Shown here piece by piece: positions 1 through 14,499 of a DNA stretch of 64,000 nt. The translations under genes and the position numbers were made by a program. Numbering within the stretch: position 1 is the first letter of the stretch; every line of letters starts with the position of its first letter. Source of the DNA: Eukaryota sp. GEM-RC1 (Eukaryota); assembly GCA_040285855.1 (NCBI GenBank), contig JAUFOQ010000005.1, positions 1,054,001 through 1,118,000 of the forward strand, read 5' to 3'. Under the pieces are notes generated by a model that was given only the letters and a program-made list of their open reading frames with translations, made no database searches and was not told the origin of the DNA.

Positions 1-1778
<1,778 letters not shown>

Positions 1779-2502
1779 GGTGTGTTTTTCGAATTTATTA
1801 TTGTTTTGTACTTTTGGTTTTTTAAATCACCAAATGCTCAAATAAACGAGTTTTTTATTCTCCATGTTGTTTTCCCTCTATACAAATACGTACAACTTTC
1901 ATCTGCTTCAATGACTTTTCACAATTAAAAACTGATGAAAATATGCATCAACATCTGTACTAGGACAACACTACTGAATTTTGGTATCTCCCTTTTTTAA
2001 GATATGAAAGTTGATCTTCAGCCATGTTATATGATGATGTCATCAATACTCAAAAAACGTTAAAGACCAAGCTAAAGACCATTGCTTGACCAAGTGTCCA
2101 TCATTGATACGGTTAGGTGAATTACTGATCAACATTGAAATTAGATTTAAGATGTATCGGTAACTAAAACTATGATAAAACAAATTGTAACAGAAATGAA
2201 ATTGTGGTGTCGACGGTTAGACGTAATGAAAATACCTAATACACACAGCAACAGTTTAAACACAGAAACATCATATGTATCCGCAACTATCCGCACGTCC
2301 AACTTAATCTTAGTTATACATGTCCACTATACATACCGCAGATTTACTGTGAAATTTTGGTATCGATTCTACTTCTCTAAAGAGACTGTTGGATGAATGT
2401 CAGTTTGGTGGATATGTGTTCTACAAAACTACAAACACATACAAAACTAATGGTTGGAGATGAGAAAGGACAATGAAATAGATAGCAGTGGCTTTTGCGA
2501 GA

Positions 2503-4026
2503 TTAAACTCCGTGTAGTGCCATTTGTGTGTATTTCCTCTTGGTGTATTCATACAAGACATTGGTAGACTTACGGTGGAACTTAAGTAAAATATTTTGAT
2601 GTCCAATAATAGACCCGTAAAATTCACCAAAAGAGTAAGTTGCATAGATAAAAACTGACCAAAGCAATGTAAATGGAGTCGTCATCATGGACGATCGACT
2701 CAAACTAGCTCCGTCAAAGGTACCACACGAGAAAGTTTCAACCATTGAGATAAAGAAAAACACAAACAACCAAGCAAAAGAAAGAAACCCTGATTTGGAA
2801 AAAACAACGTTTCATTTGATCGTGACTGTAAGTAGCTGAAGGTAAACGTGAACACTTTCTTAAACTGTAAGACAAATACTTACCATAAAGATACACTAAA
2901 GGAACTGAGACTAAACCAAAAGTTGGAATATAGAATTGAGCTGTGAAACTCAAAACATGGTAGTAAAAGACGTTAGCTTGACTCAGAGGTAAGTCAAACA
3001 AAGGCTTTTCAAATGATTTACTTGAAGACCTAAACTTGTACCAAACGAAAGGAAAAATTACATCAAAAAGAATGTTAATGGAAATAAATGGACAACAAAA
3101 AACCCGAAATGAATATAAAAACAGCGCAAGCCAGCTAGAAAAAATACAGGAACACAAATGAAACACAACTTTAAAAAAGAAAAGGTAAGTAACTCTGCCA
3201 GAATCTCTCCCTGAAGCAGGCATTGGAGATGTAAAATAATACACCAATTTTTTCCCTATAACATTGAATAAGCAAACCATGAGCGAGCTTGCTAAGTATC
3301 TAAGATGATTATCTTGAGAGAAGATGAAGTCGTCATCCAAAAAAAGCACCTACGGGAAAAAAAAGAATAATAAACAAAGCTAGATTCAGAAAAAAGAGGT
3401 AGTTCCATTCAACTTTCGGAACACGTGAATTCTTCTTTTTAAATGCATTTGACTGTAGGTCTGATTCTAATGACTTCTGAAGTTCTTTAGAGACGAGCAA
3501 TTTAGTGGATTCCACATCCATTTTAGATGCATTAGCCCATTTGTAACTGAAAAGAGTATGAAACGTTTGCAAAGACTGTATATGACTTCCGTTAGTGATG
3601 GTATCATCTCTTTCAGCAAGTTTAGTTTTGGTTGCTATTAAGGAACACGGGAGAAGGAAGCAAGCAAGCAAGCAAAGTGCACAACTCACAAGAGGCCAAG
3701 TATTATCGTCACGATCCGTTGCAAGAAGAACAACAAGAACTTCCGTGGTACTAAGGGAAGAAGATAATCCAGAGACTACATCTGCCATTGTAAAAACTGA
3801 CACAGCTAATAGCGGTAGAAGACTGATAATAAGCAGAAAAAGATGAAGAAAAGGAGATGTAAAGACGGTTCCATGTGTATGCTTTGAATCCCGAGCATCT
3901 CTAGCGAGGGGGGAGGAATAGGTTGACAAGATCGTTATGAAAAGCAGGTGGAGAGTCACATGCTGTATCTGAATCGCTGGATACTACATGATCAGAGATT
4001 GGAGGTATTTGAGATCGATGTTGCAT
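2503..4026 (-). CDS. Multi-pass membrane family, copy 1 (frameshifted)
   Basis: ORF pieces 3901..4098, 3333..3959, 2738..3349 and 2503..2769 align to the intact copy 50890..52389 (LLATDRD, FHxLFSYxWAN, FFDVIFPFxWYKFRSS..SFEKPLFDLPLSQ, SCGTF). The break examined (~3340) is at a T run. Confidence 0.8.
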
Positions 4027-4170
4027 CAATGAAATTGTGGTTTTATGTTGTCTGGTTGTAGATTGGTGTAATTTTATACACTTTATACATTTATACATTT
4101 TGTATTAGGTTTTATCTTCCCCTTACATCTTTAGATGTTCTTTCCTATATAAAGGTTCTCCTCTAACTGT

Positions 4171-5058
4171 ATGTACCCTAACCGTGCACAAAGACCAACA
4201 GTAATTACTTTGGGTAACCCCCAATCTCCCTACTCACTTTCAGCACCACTCCTAAACGGAACCTCCCGTTTGGATTCTTGTAAGTTCTTGGAAGAAGTCC
4301 AAGCTTATGCCTCCGCAATCCGTGCCTCTGAAGGTTTATCCCGCCCCGCCGTGGCCGAAGCCGAAGCATTTGAATCTGCCGCCGAGTCCGAAAACTCCGA
4401 GGAAGATGACGTCGTTGAGCAAGGAGCAGGTACCGTCCCTCCTCCTAGAATTGCTCGCTCCCCTATGCTTCAGTTCTGTCCCGACTCTTCCGAAGTCTCT
4501 GTTCCGCCAGAGATGAGACATCTCATTCCCGTTATCCGACGTTTTATCAGTCCTCGCCTCCTGTCTGCTATTCCTCTTCTCTGCCCCGAAGCAGAAGAGG
4601 ATAACGAAAAGCTCCTAGCCTGGATCTATTCCAATTCTCTCATCCATGATGAGGCCCTCGCCGATCGACTGCTATCCAAGATCTCCATGAATGCTTCCAT
4701 CAAAGAATTCTCCATGCGTCTAGCTGATTACGTCCTGAGGTTCCAAGACGTCAAGAAACAAAGTTCTCATCTCATTTACAAAGAAGACCACTTCCTCTCT
4801 TGCTTCATTCGTGGAATCACTCCCTCCTCTGTCTCTTCCCGTGTCTTGTCTTCTTTCAAGAACGGACGTTTCTCCTCCCTTGAAGAAGTTCTCAGCTTAA
4901 CTCGCCAATTATTCGCCGCTTTGCAATAGTCTTACTCTCTCGAAGAACCCCGCTCCTCTCAACCAAGTCCTAATCCTAACTCTCGTCCTCCCAATAACCG
5001 TCGTGCTCGTAACGATCCTGCTCGTTCATCTGGACCCCAGAAGCCAATCATGGTATGA
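4171..5058 (+). pseudogene. gag-like ORF of the gypsy element (internal TAG at 4927-4929; frame continues to TGA 5056-5058)
   Basis: Retrotransposon-gag-like motif LADYVLRFQ...FIRGITP..SLEEV; C/T-rich coding style shared with pol. Confidence 0.65.
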
Positions 5059-5342
5059 TGTGTCAGTCGGTGCCGGTTGCAGCTAGGGAGAGACCTGATG
5101 GTGGGCGATAGTAAGTTATCTCCCCCACTAACATCTCATTCCAAACCCCTGAGACCTGTATCACACAGGGCCTCTGGAGCAACGGTTGACATATCGTATC
5201 AGGATTGGTGGAAAAAGGAAAGCGAAGGGTTGACTAGAGACGAGCAGATCCAACAAACTTGGGACACGAAGGACATTCTATTCGCTGAACATGGGCTCCT
5301 CTTGAAGACCATCACTGAACTTGATGTTAAGATTGAAGAACT

Positions 5343-5944
5343 CATAGTTGGGAAATACACTTTTTTGTATTTTTTGTATTTTTTAAATTCGGTTTTAAGT
5401 ATTGTTTTTGTATTTTTTGTATTTTTTCCAGAAAATCCATTTTGACTATTCAAGTGATCAAATGCCTCGAATATGCATGTTTCGGTTATCAGAATAACTA
5501 ATCAACCCATAAATCAGTAACATTAAGCTATGAATCTACTAAACAAACACAACATTCATAGTATACTTCTGTGAAACACAATTGTTTATGTCCAACACCT
5601 TTGAATGGGTCGTTAAGCGGATACAACTAATTAATTGATTGTTTTTGTAATTGAGACATGGTCAAAATACACAATCAAAGACATTAAATTTGATATGATG
5701 AAAGTTCCAGATGCACTCTACAAATGGTAAACCCTCAATGCTAGTGATAAATCAGAACGTAGAATCTGATCATGTCAGGATTAAGAGCTAATCGAAAGTT
5801 ACATTGATTGGTGATATTAAGCGGTATTTCTAATATTTCAACAAATGAAAGCAACAAAATAGTAGTATGTTAGAAATTTGTATTTTTTAATTTTTGTATT
5901 TTTGTGTATTTTATTTTCGGAGGGTGGTGTATTTCCCAACTATC
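5343..5944. mobile_element. hAT-type MITE (602 bp) inserted in a gypsy ORF
   Basis: TIRs CATAGTTGGGAAATACAC / GTGTATTTCCCAACTATC; exact 8-bp TSD GAAGAACT (5335-5342, 5945-5952). Removal rejoins ...ELDVKIEEL-AADKKRR. Confidence 0.92.
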
Positions 5945-6879
5945 GAAGAACTCGCTGCCGACAAGAAACGTAGACTCCAACTACTAGCCCAGGACAGAGA
6001 AACGGCCATACAACAGGTCCGGTCCAAGCGTGAAGACTTAAATTTGCAAAAAGAAAATGGTCTTTTTATCGGTTCTGACGGCCACATGAGACAACTGTCT
6101 TCTGACTCAGATGATGAAGTACACATCTGCATGGCAGATTAATCCAGCCATGTAGAGCTCAGTAGCTCTGATGAGTCTCACATCGTCATTGTAGACGACG
6201 AACACTCTCCTATGCTCCAAGACCTGCCATCGATCATAGCGATCGGTACTAGCTACCGCCTGCTTCCTCTAATCAGAGACACCTCTGAATTCTTAAGAAT
6301 TATGAATTCCCCCGCAACTTCGGCCATAGTCACAGTCTCTTCAGAAGACGAAGACGATCTGTACCAACAATTCCTAGGTGAATCACCTAAAGACACTTGC
6401 CTCTTTGACAGCCTTGGCAATCAACTGCCTGATTCTTGGAACCCTCCTACCAACAGTAATATCCATCCTAGACCGGATATTCCCCTTCCTCCCCCGAACT
6501 TCGGCCATGTAGGTATCCATAACAACGCTAGATACTACAGTCCATGCATCGACCCAGTCCATGCATCGCCCTTTTGACACCATGATTGCCACACTTGATG
6601 ATATCAGGTTATCAAACCTGAAATCGATGAAGATAACTTGTTTGCCGAACGCTTAACCATCGACCCCTTAGTTCATAACCCGCTAAGCAGCTCCGATAGC
6701 GACCTCTCTGAAGAAACTACTTGGACGCAGGTCCCCGACCCCAGCCATGTGTTCAACGATGGGCTCCAGCTACTCTCTCAAGAACAAGAAAAAGCCGCTG
6801 CTAATGATGACATTACCATGACTACCGACACGGAACTTATTTCCATGACCGCCAATGACAAGAATTATATCCTCACCTG

Positions 6880-9666
6880 GAATCAAAGGCTGAAAGACGA
6901 TATTGTTGTGTCTTCGTGAATTCAATGCAGCAAACTTGATGTCCGGACTTAGACACTTTGGCATTCTCAGCGTCTTTCAGTGGATCATTTGAAGGATTCA
7001 AAATGTTGGCAATAACTGAAGCTTTGCAAGGATCAACGGTCGTAAAATCAATAACAAATTTCTTGGCATGACAACCAAGGGCCAATAAAATCACCACGTT
7101 TCTGCGTAGAATCAGGGTGATCTGAAAGATGAGAAAGTAATGCTTCGACTTTGCCATGGAAACCATTCGCCTTAAACATTTCCAAACATGTATCTCGAAA
7201 ACTGTTGTGCAAAATTGAACGACAATATATGAACTTTGAACAATTGACCAAATGATGAAAGCTAGCCTTATGTTGGTTTTTACAGATACACGTGCTGTTT
7301 AGTAACAAACCAAATGGCCAAAAATCTAAACGAAGTCTCAGGTTAACAAGCCATTCATGATCTTTTAGATTAAAAATAAATCTCCCTGGCAATTGAGTAA
7401 TGAAAGTAGATGCTGAATCACTACTCATGTCTTGCAAATATGCACAGAAAGCGGGAATTTTAACTTTAGCCAAGCTAATGCAGTTAGTATAGTCCAAGCT
7501 CTCATGGAAAGAGACAAATTTCTTCTGAAATTTTCTAACACCAAGAGGAAGGGAAAAAAGTGTACGTTGAGGTGTTTCAGTCACAGATGCAGGGAACAAG
7601 AATTCCCAAACATCAGGATTCATACCATCTACAAAATTTTGAAGTGATATAAGCCAGTGACAAGGGGAATATCGAATGAGATCTTCATTAGACCATAGTA
7701 AGGGTTAACGTAACTTAAATTCATACAGCAGATTCTTCAAACATCCTAAAAAGGCACCTTCACGCATATAACGAGCTTTGGAAAACCAATTCCACCAAAT
7801 CTCACAGCAGCAAATGAATGACGATGAATGGAATGCTTTTTCGACTCTACCAGCTCTGACAAAAACTCTGTTCTCAGAGCGTTAAAACGACGAGAAAGGT
7901 CTACCATAAGCTCAGCAGGTAAGCCACGTAAAAAATGGTTGACCTTACCTGCAAAACACACTTGCAAAGTGGCAAAGGATACTTGTTTACCTACATGTAC
8001 ATTCAAATCTAACACGTTTCTCAACTTTTGATCTAGAGAATCAATCTTCATCTCCAGCATACTCATAATTTGAGAGGATTTACCAATAAAGTTTCCAAGA
8101 AACTTAATACAATCAGAAGAATAATTAATAAAATGAATAGCAACACCTTCATGCAAAACAGTGTCATTCACACGACCAATAACAACACACTTGCTCAAAT
8201 TGATTGTCAAACCAACTTTACCAGAAAGATCAACGAATCGTGCAAAACTTGGTTTCAAAGTATGCATTTTGTTAACCAAAGAAGCATCATCAGCATACGA
8301 ATTAATCATTATACCTGGAAACTCACTATGGAAAATCGTAACACTTTTTGCAAAGGCAAACAAAAAATTTTTTTCACCTTGCTTCACACCACGAGACTAT
8401 TTCAAACAAAATTCGTTAAAAATCAAATCAGTAGGACTGCCATGAAATGCTTCAAAATACGGAACGAGTTGAGGAAAATGCTCCACCAGTTGATCATCAA
8501 TTGCAGATCTAAAAACACAATTAAAAGCATTCTTGTAATCAACGTTTAACACAAAATTATCAACATCATTCAAAAATAGATCCGTGTGAGACAAGCACAA
8601 TTAGTACCATCCACAATTCCAATTCCGTATCGAAATGGTCGAATGAATTCAATCGCCTTCGATTTGATTCTACCAAAACAGATCGATGCTATCAATCTTG
8701 GAATACATTCACCAATAGCGATTGGTCTAACGCCACCACGTGGCTTATCTAAAGCAACTAACCGACTAGTCTTTAAATTATCAGGACATTTTGATGGATT
8801 CAACAATACAAGATTGAAAAAACAGCTAAATCATCATCAATTTCAGGGCAATGATTGACACATAACTTTAAATGGTTGAAGCTAAGACCAGAAGGACCAG
8901 CTGCTTTTCCAGATCTTGATTTATGAATAGACTTCCTTAGAGCTTATGGGTGAATCAATCCAATAATTGGAAGTATTTCTTGAATAGTCTAAAGGTTCTT
9001 CGAGAGGATGCAACAGTTCAAGTTTGTGAACAGTATCAATACTGTTCTCAGCAATGGAGGTTAAAGCCAAAACAGATAAAGCCGGAGAGAACTGGCCCCT
9101 AAAGACAAGAGATCTGAAGAGACTACGTATAGTTGTATCCGAATTAGATGACGAGGAAACAGACTTGTTTCTGACTTTCTTTGCTCGGGAAAAAAGTAAC
9201 GCCAAAGAGGAGAGGGATTCCACGAACCCTTACGTAAAGGATAAGTGATTGCTCTCACAGTAGAAACTAAAGAAGAACCCACATAGGGATGAATGGGTAG
9301 AGGAGTTGGCAAAGCAGGACGAACAGGGTCTGACGGAGTACAAGACACGCAGCATAGCAGAGGTCTGCCAGCAGAGTTTTTCTTCAGAGCACTAGACCGA
9401 CAAAAAGGACCAATAGGAGCAGAAACATCAGAAGAAAGTAAGGAGGGAGAATCAGCAGAAGTAGCATCAAAAAGCGCAACATCGGAAGCAAGCAGATGCT
9501 CATGTGACTGAGACAAAGAAAGAGCTCTATCATCCATGTTTTTTCGAGCAGGGCAGTTACGCTTATCGTGACATGTTGACGAGCAAACACTGCACTTTCT
9601 AGGTAAACGACAAAAGTCTGCCTTCTTAGGAGGAGGCTTGGCACGTTTTGATACAATTGAAACCAT
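6880..9666 (-). mobile_element. CRE/SLACS-like non-LTR retrotransposon (RT plus restriction-like endonuclease), degenerate, 3' truncated
   Basis: N-terminal CSVCSSTCHDKRNC knuckle; RT motifs VALDKPRGGVRPIAIGE, DYKNAFN, SYADD, KFLG, FGGIG; C-terminal CIC..HLVNC..HNSFRD..KRGD..AENAK (REL domain). Confidence 0.85.
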
Positions 9667-9690
9667 GGGACAGGGAAGCCAAAAAATTAG

Positions 9691-11215
9691 TAGAGATGGG
9701 CAATTAGTTTCTCCCACTCCCAACAATTGTTCTCCCACTCCCACTCCCACTCCCAACGAAATCTCCCAACTCCCACACAACTCCCATTTTTGTTTCTTCT
9801 AGTACAATGACACTTTACTTTATAAACATAACAATCACTAACTCTATCTCTGATTCATGAACAACTCTCTCATCTCCCGACATTTGAGCCATGATTTCAA
9901 ACAAAGGACTGCTTCAATAGAATCACTACTCAAGGAAGCTCGTAACTTCGTAACAACACACACACCCTGCCTGAGAAAATAACTGCTCACTTGAAACTGA
10001 TGAGGGTTGTGCTGTCATGTAGTTTTTAGCACATGCCGAGACTCGTGCATACCTGTTGAAACACAACATTTTGTATTTAATTTCTTCCACAGCATTGGCA
10101 ATGTTGATGGCAGTGTGGTTTTTTTTCAAATGGTTAAAACCGAGGACGTAAGTGTTTAATTTCCAATCCTCAATACAGTGAGCTGAACTGTTACCCCAAT
10201 AAAATGTGTGTTTGTATTTGATGTCCACTCATCAATCGTAATAGATACTTTAGTAAAATTACACACACTTTTGAATTTATCTGTCAAGTATCCTTTAAAT
10301 AACTCATAAACATTCAACATATCATTTCTTATCGTGGTTCTTTTTGGAATTTTGAATGAATCTGAAAGTGAGGAAACAAATTCGATAAAAGCAGGATGCT
10401 TAAACAGACCAGAGATTTCAGGATCTTCAGATAAATCAAGCAATGGCATTGGTTGAAATTTATAGATGAACAACCACACTCTTTATAAAACGAAATTAAA
10501 TTAAATACAATCAAACAAAGACAGTAAAAATGTATATGGTAGATTAGGCAATTTGGCCTTGAAGTTCCTTGATGAATTTGCAATGGTTGTAGCTCGTAGA
10601 ACTAACAAAATATTTGATCGTTCTTTTTGGCAGAACCGAATTGTCTTTACGATTCTAAAGGCAGTTCCCACAATGATTTTAAAAGCTTTGTTATCCCAAA
10701 GCTTCAACAAGGTTCGATTCGAAGGAATCTTGTTTTGATGACATTGAGTATTAGATCATCTTTTTTTTTATTTTCGAATAAATTCTTTAATTGAAAAAAA
10801 CAGTCAAAATGTAATACACCAAGTCCTATTAATATTCTAAAAAGATTATGCCTGTATTTGTCTAACTACAGTAGCTTGTTTCTGTTTTAAAATTGAAGTT
10901 AGAGTTGTGTCTGCAAATGGGAGATGGGAGTTTTTGGGAGTTCCCAACAAAGAGCTCCCACTCCCACTCCCAAAAATTGCTACTGAAGCTCCCACTCCAC
11001 TCCCAAAGGTCATGGGAGATGGGAGTTGGGTGGCAGTTGGGAAAAATGGGAGAAATGGAGAGCCCTATGGGCAATCGACTCGACTAGTCGACTAGACTCG
11101 GACTTGACTCGTAATTAGTTGAGTCAACTCCACTTTTGGATGTCGAGTCGAGTCTCATGGTCAGTGAACTCGAGTGTGGAGTCGAGTCAACTGGTGAACG
11201 GCTCCAACTTCCCCC
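9691..11215. mobile_element. Left end of a hAT-type element split by the 9705-11067 insertion
   Basis: Removing the inner element and one TSD gives TAGAGATGGGCAATCGACTCGACTAGTCGAC...; dense GACTC/GAGTC subterminal repeats at 11076-11190. No matching right TIR found. Confidence 0.6.
9705..11067 (-). mobile_element. hAT transposon deletion derivative with transposase remnants
   Basis: Exact 8-bp TSD TGGGCAAT (9697-9704, 11068-11075); CTCCCA subterminal arrays at both ends; transposase motifs IPKRTTIR, SITIDEWTS, NHTAINIA and AQPSSVSSEQLFSQAG (hAT dimerisation domain). Confidence 0.9.
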
Positions 11216-11644
11216 AGTCTAATCTAGTCTGTTCGAGTGCGCACTAGATTATTTTGTTGAGGTTGTTGTCAACATCAGCTCTACATACTCACTCCTACTC
11301 ATGTTTACACAAATCCAAATTCTAATAAATAAACAACTACTAGTCCCGTACTTTTTATCCCAACAAAGTATATGAAATCACAAAACTTCTTGGTTCTTCG
11401 TTGTCTCATGACCGCCCATCCCCCTCAAAACAGTGAACGATAGTACATGTGGTTGATTGTGTGTAATGCTTTAACAGAGCAATTTTTCACTGCTTCTTAC
11501 TAGTGTAGAAGTTTGAGTTTTTGGCTCCAAGTTGTCACTTTCTTTCCGTAGGTATCGTCTATGATATTATTCATTTTTGTTCTGTTGGATTGGTATCATT
11601 GTTTCCAGAACAAGAAAAATTAACGGCATCGTGTTGCAATTACT

Positions 11645-13150
11645 ATGATTCATCCTTTGATGAATGTAGAATTGAATTACCTCCTTCCTCTGAGAAACTG
11701 TTGGATTTAATAAAATCCAAAGAACACGCTTTCGGTCCCCCTCATCCTGATGGAATCGACGCTCCCCCGATGTCCCTAAAGTACCATAACGAAGACACTA
11801 TCGTGAACAAACCTGCCAGAAAAATTAATCCTGACAGACTCCGTATCGCCAACGAAATCTTTGATGAGCTCACGGAAGCCGGATTTGCTGAAGAAGTTCC
11901 TGCCGACTGCCCCTTTGACAGCCCTATTGTCCTTGTCACTTACAACGACCACAGAAAGCCTCGCCTGACTGGAGAATATTCTGGCCTAGACGGTGTTAAC
12001 ACTATGTCTGTACACGTAGAAGCCAATCTCCCACGAATTTCAGATATTATCGAGTTTCTTGGCAACGCTAAGTTCATTGCCATTCTCGACCTACTGAGAG
12101 CCTTTTGGCAGCTTAAAATTTGTGAAGAAGATTTTAGCAAAAGGATTCTTGAGATCCCTCACCGTGCCGTTTGCTTCACTCGTGCCGCCTTTGGCCTGAA
12201 GAATGTGCCCGCTGTTTTCCAAAACACTATGACCAATATCTTCAAAGGCATTCCTAATGTGTTCATCTACCTTGACGATATCATCATCGCTGCCCAAGAT
12301 GAAGAGTCCTCTTTATCTACCTTGAAACTCATCCTAGAAAGATGTATCAGCAGAAAAGTAAAATTAGGAAATAAGAAATGTTGCTTCGTCACTAGTGAAT
12401 CAGAAGTGAAAATCCTAGCCCGCATTTTCCAAAAAGGCACCCTACGAAATGATCAGGAAAGGATCAATGCCATACTGGATATCCCAATCCCTTCCAACAT
12501 CCAAGATCTAAGAAGCTTCATCGGTTCGATTAACTACATCCGGAATTGGCACCCAAACATCTCATGCTTGCTGAAGTCCTTAACAGAGCTTCTGAATAAG
12601 AAAGGTGAGGGAACACCAGAAGTTCCGTCAAAAATTACAAAGACAACAATCAAGACCAAATGGTCCTACGAATACACTAAATGTTTCCAAAGCCATACAA
12701 GAATTAATCGCCAACTCCATGTCTCTCGATCTACCTCAACCGAACGAAGCCCTAATTATCTCTACTGACGTAAGTGAATATGATGAGTCTGGCGTCATTT
12801 GGAGACAACTGCTTCCATCTGATCTATTGCCAGCCCCCAATTTCCAAGATCTCAAACTTGCCCCCGTCTCATTTTTATTCCAAGACCCTGATAGCCAAAA
12901 GAACTGGCCGATAATTCAAAAAGAATTATACGCTATCGTTGCCACCCTCACTCAACCAAATCTATCCCATTTTTTACTAAATCGATAACTAAAACCTTAC
13001 TGCGATTACAAAAACCTCGCGTATCTTCTCACCGCTCCTGAAAAGTCTAGAATAGTCAAGCGCTGGTTGCCTACTCTCTGCGCCTTGGAATTCAGAGTGT
13101 ACCATGTGGATGGAGAATCCAACTGGTTTGCTGATCTACTGTCCCGTTTG
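11645..13150 (+). pseudogene. gypsy pol: reverse transcriptase and RNase H
   Basis: ORFs 11521..12768, 12605..12988 and 13067..13312 with RT YLDD and RNase H motifs; frameshifts and stops. Confidence 0.88.
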
Positions 13151-14499
13151 ATCCCGAAGGAGAAGTCCGAAGCTGTCGTGGCGAAGACTACTATAAATGC
13201 ATCTCAGTCATGGCCGAACGCAGGAAACATGAGTGACTTGGTGTTAGGGCCGGACCAAGGTTCCTTACCTCGCGATCTCCCCTGCCGGGCGAGTCAAGCT
13301 TCGCGCTGCTGAGTTGGTAGTTAAGTCGTGTCAGCCTAGGGATGATTTTGAAGGTGATAAAGACACTATCCGCATCATCAAACTAACTCCAGCCATCTTC
13401 GAAGAAAATAAGTTCCTCCACTGTCTGATGACTCGATAGAAGATCTCTTGAGGACCAAGCCAAAAACCTAATTCATACCTTCGGGTTCAAAATGCAACCG
13501 ATATCTATGCATGGCCCCCTTGCACCCAAAAAGCCCCATCTTCTTGTCTCACCCACCTAACACTATCGCTCCAATAGACCACCTGACCTCCATACACAGT
13601 TAATTCAAAAGTTCTTTACTCAGTTTCTGGAGTGTCCCATTTGTGACCTATTGGTAAAGGCCCTCTTGTCGATTTCCGTATCCGCCTGGAACAAACTAAG
13701 AAAACCTCTGTATCCGCCACCTCATTCGTGATGATACATGTCTGCTCTCATCCGTAGAGCCTCTACAGATTAATATCCTGAACTTCATCCCGACGCTTAT
13801 CTACACCAGCAAGGTTTGGAGCTCGTTGACGGTCATGTTGTCCAAGTAGAATCAAGCGACGAAGAACGTGATGATCTTCTAGATGCCGATACTACCTGAA
13901 ATCTTTAATCCCAATTAAATCACCAGAATCGAAGATTTCTAAACTCATTCATGATTCCGATTTAAATTTGAATGACTCCTCCCTCGATATTTCCTCTGAC
14001 GAAGAACGTGATGTTGTCCAACACGCCAAAACCTTCAGACCCCGTGTGGTTAGCTGCTGGGAAGATCTGCTCTTGGCTTCCACCGACTCTGAAGTCAGTG
14101 ATTGCGAACAGTACCGAACACCCATGAGTTTTCTGACTCGTCGCAATCACACTCCCTTGACAGTTTGTCAGGAAGATGTTTCACCCCCTTTTACGACCAC
14201 TTTAGACTCCCGAAAGACCAAAGCTGACGCTTCCAGTGTGCTCAGAAGATCGCCCGATCCCCTCTTCTACGCTCCTAGTGCATCCTTCTTTTCACAAACT
14301 TTGAAAACTCTCAAAGAGTCGAGAGTTGACTGGATGTCCAAACTACAAGCTAGCCAAATGTCTAGCGAAGATGAAGAATTCACAGACCTTTTGGACAGAC
14401 TCACTGAAGAAGGTCAAATGAGCTTGGAAGAGAAGTACAACCTTATCTCTTCCAAGGAAAAATTATTGTGCCTCGTAATCTTAGAAGTGAAGTACTCCT

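Noticed and set aside
3595..3846. Short antisense or alternate-frame ORFs (e.g. 3595, 17879, 37354, 50970, 9061)
   Set aside because: They are shadows of real genes or of TE repeats; their recurrence follows the duplications.
4100..4135. 5' LTR of the gypsy element
   Set aside because: Only a weak resemblance (TTTTATCTTCC vs TTTTACCTTCC) to the 3' LTR candidate; no TGTTGA/TCAACA termini.
5049..5065. Primer-binding site (CA-TGGTAT)
   Set aside because: It lies downstream of gag with no preceding LTR match and only 6 nt of similarity.
5090..5140. Hammerhead ribozyme (CTGATG plus stem)
   Set aside because: Lacks the CTGANGA and GAAA core and a third stem.
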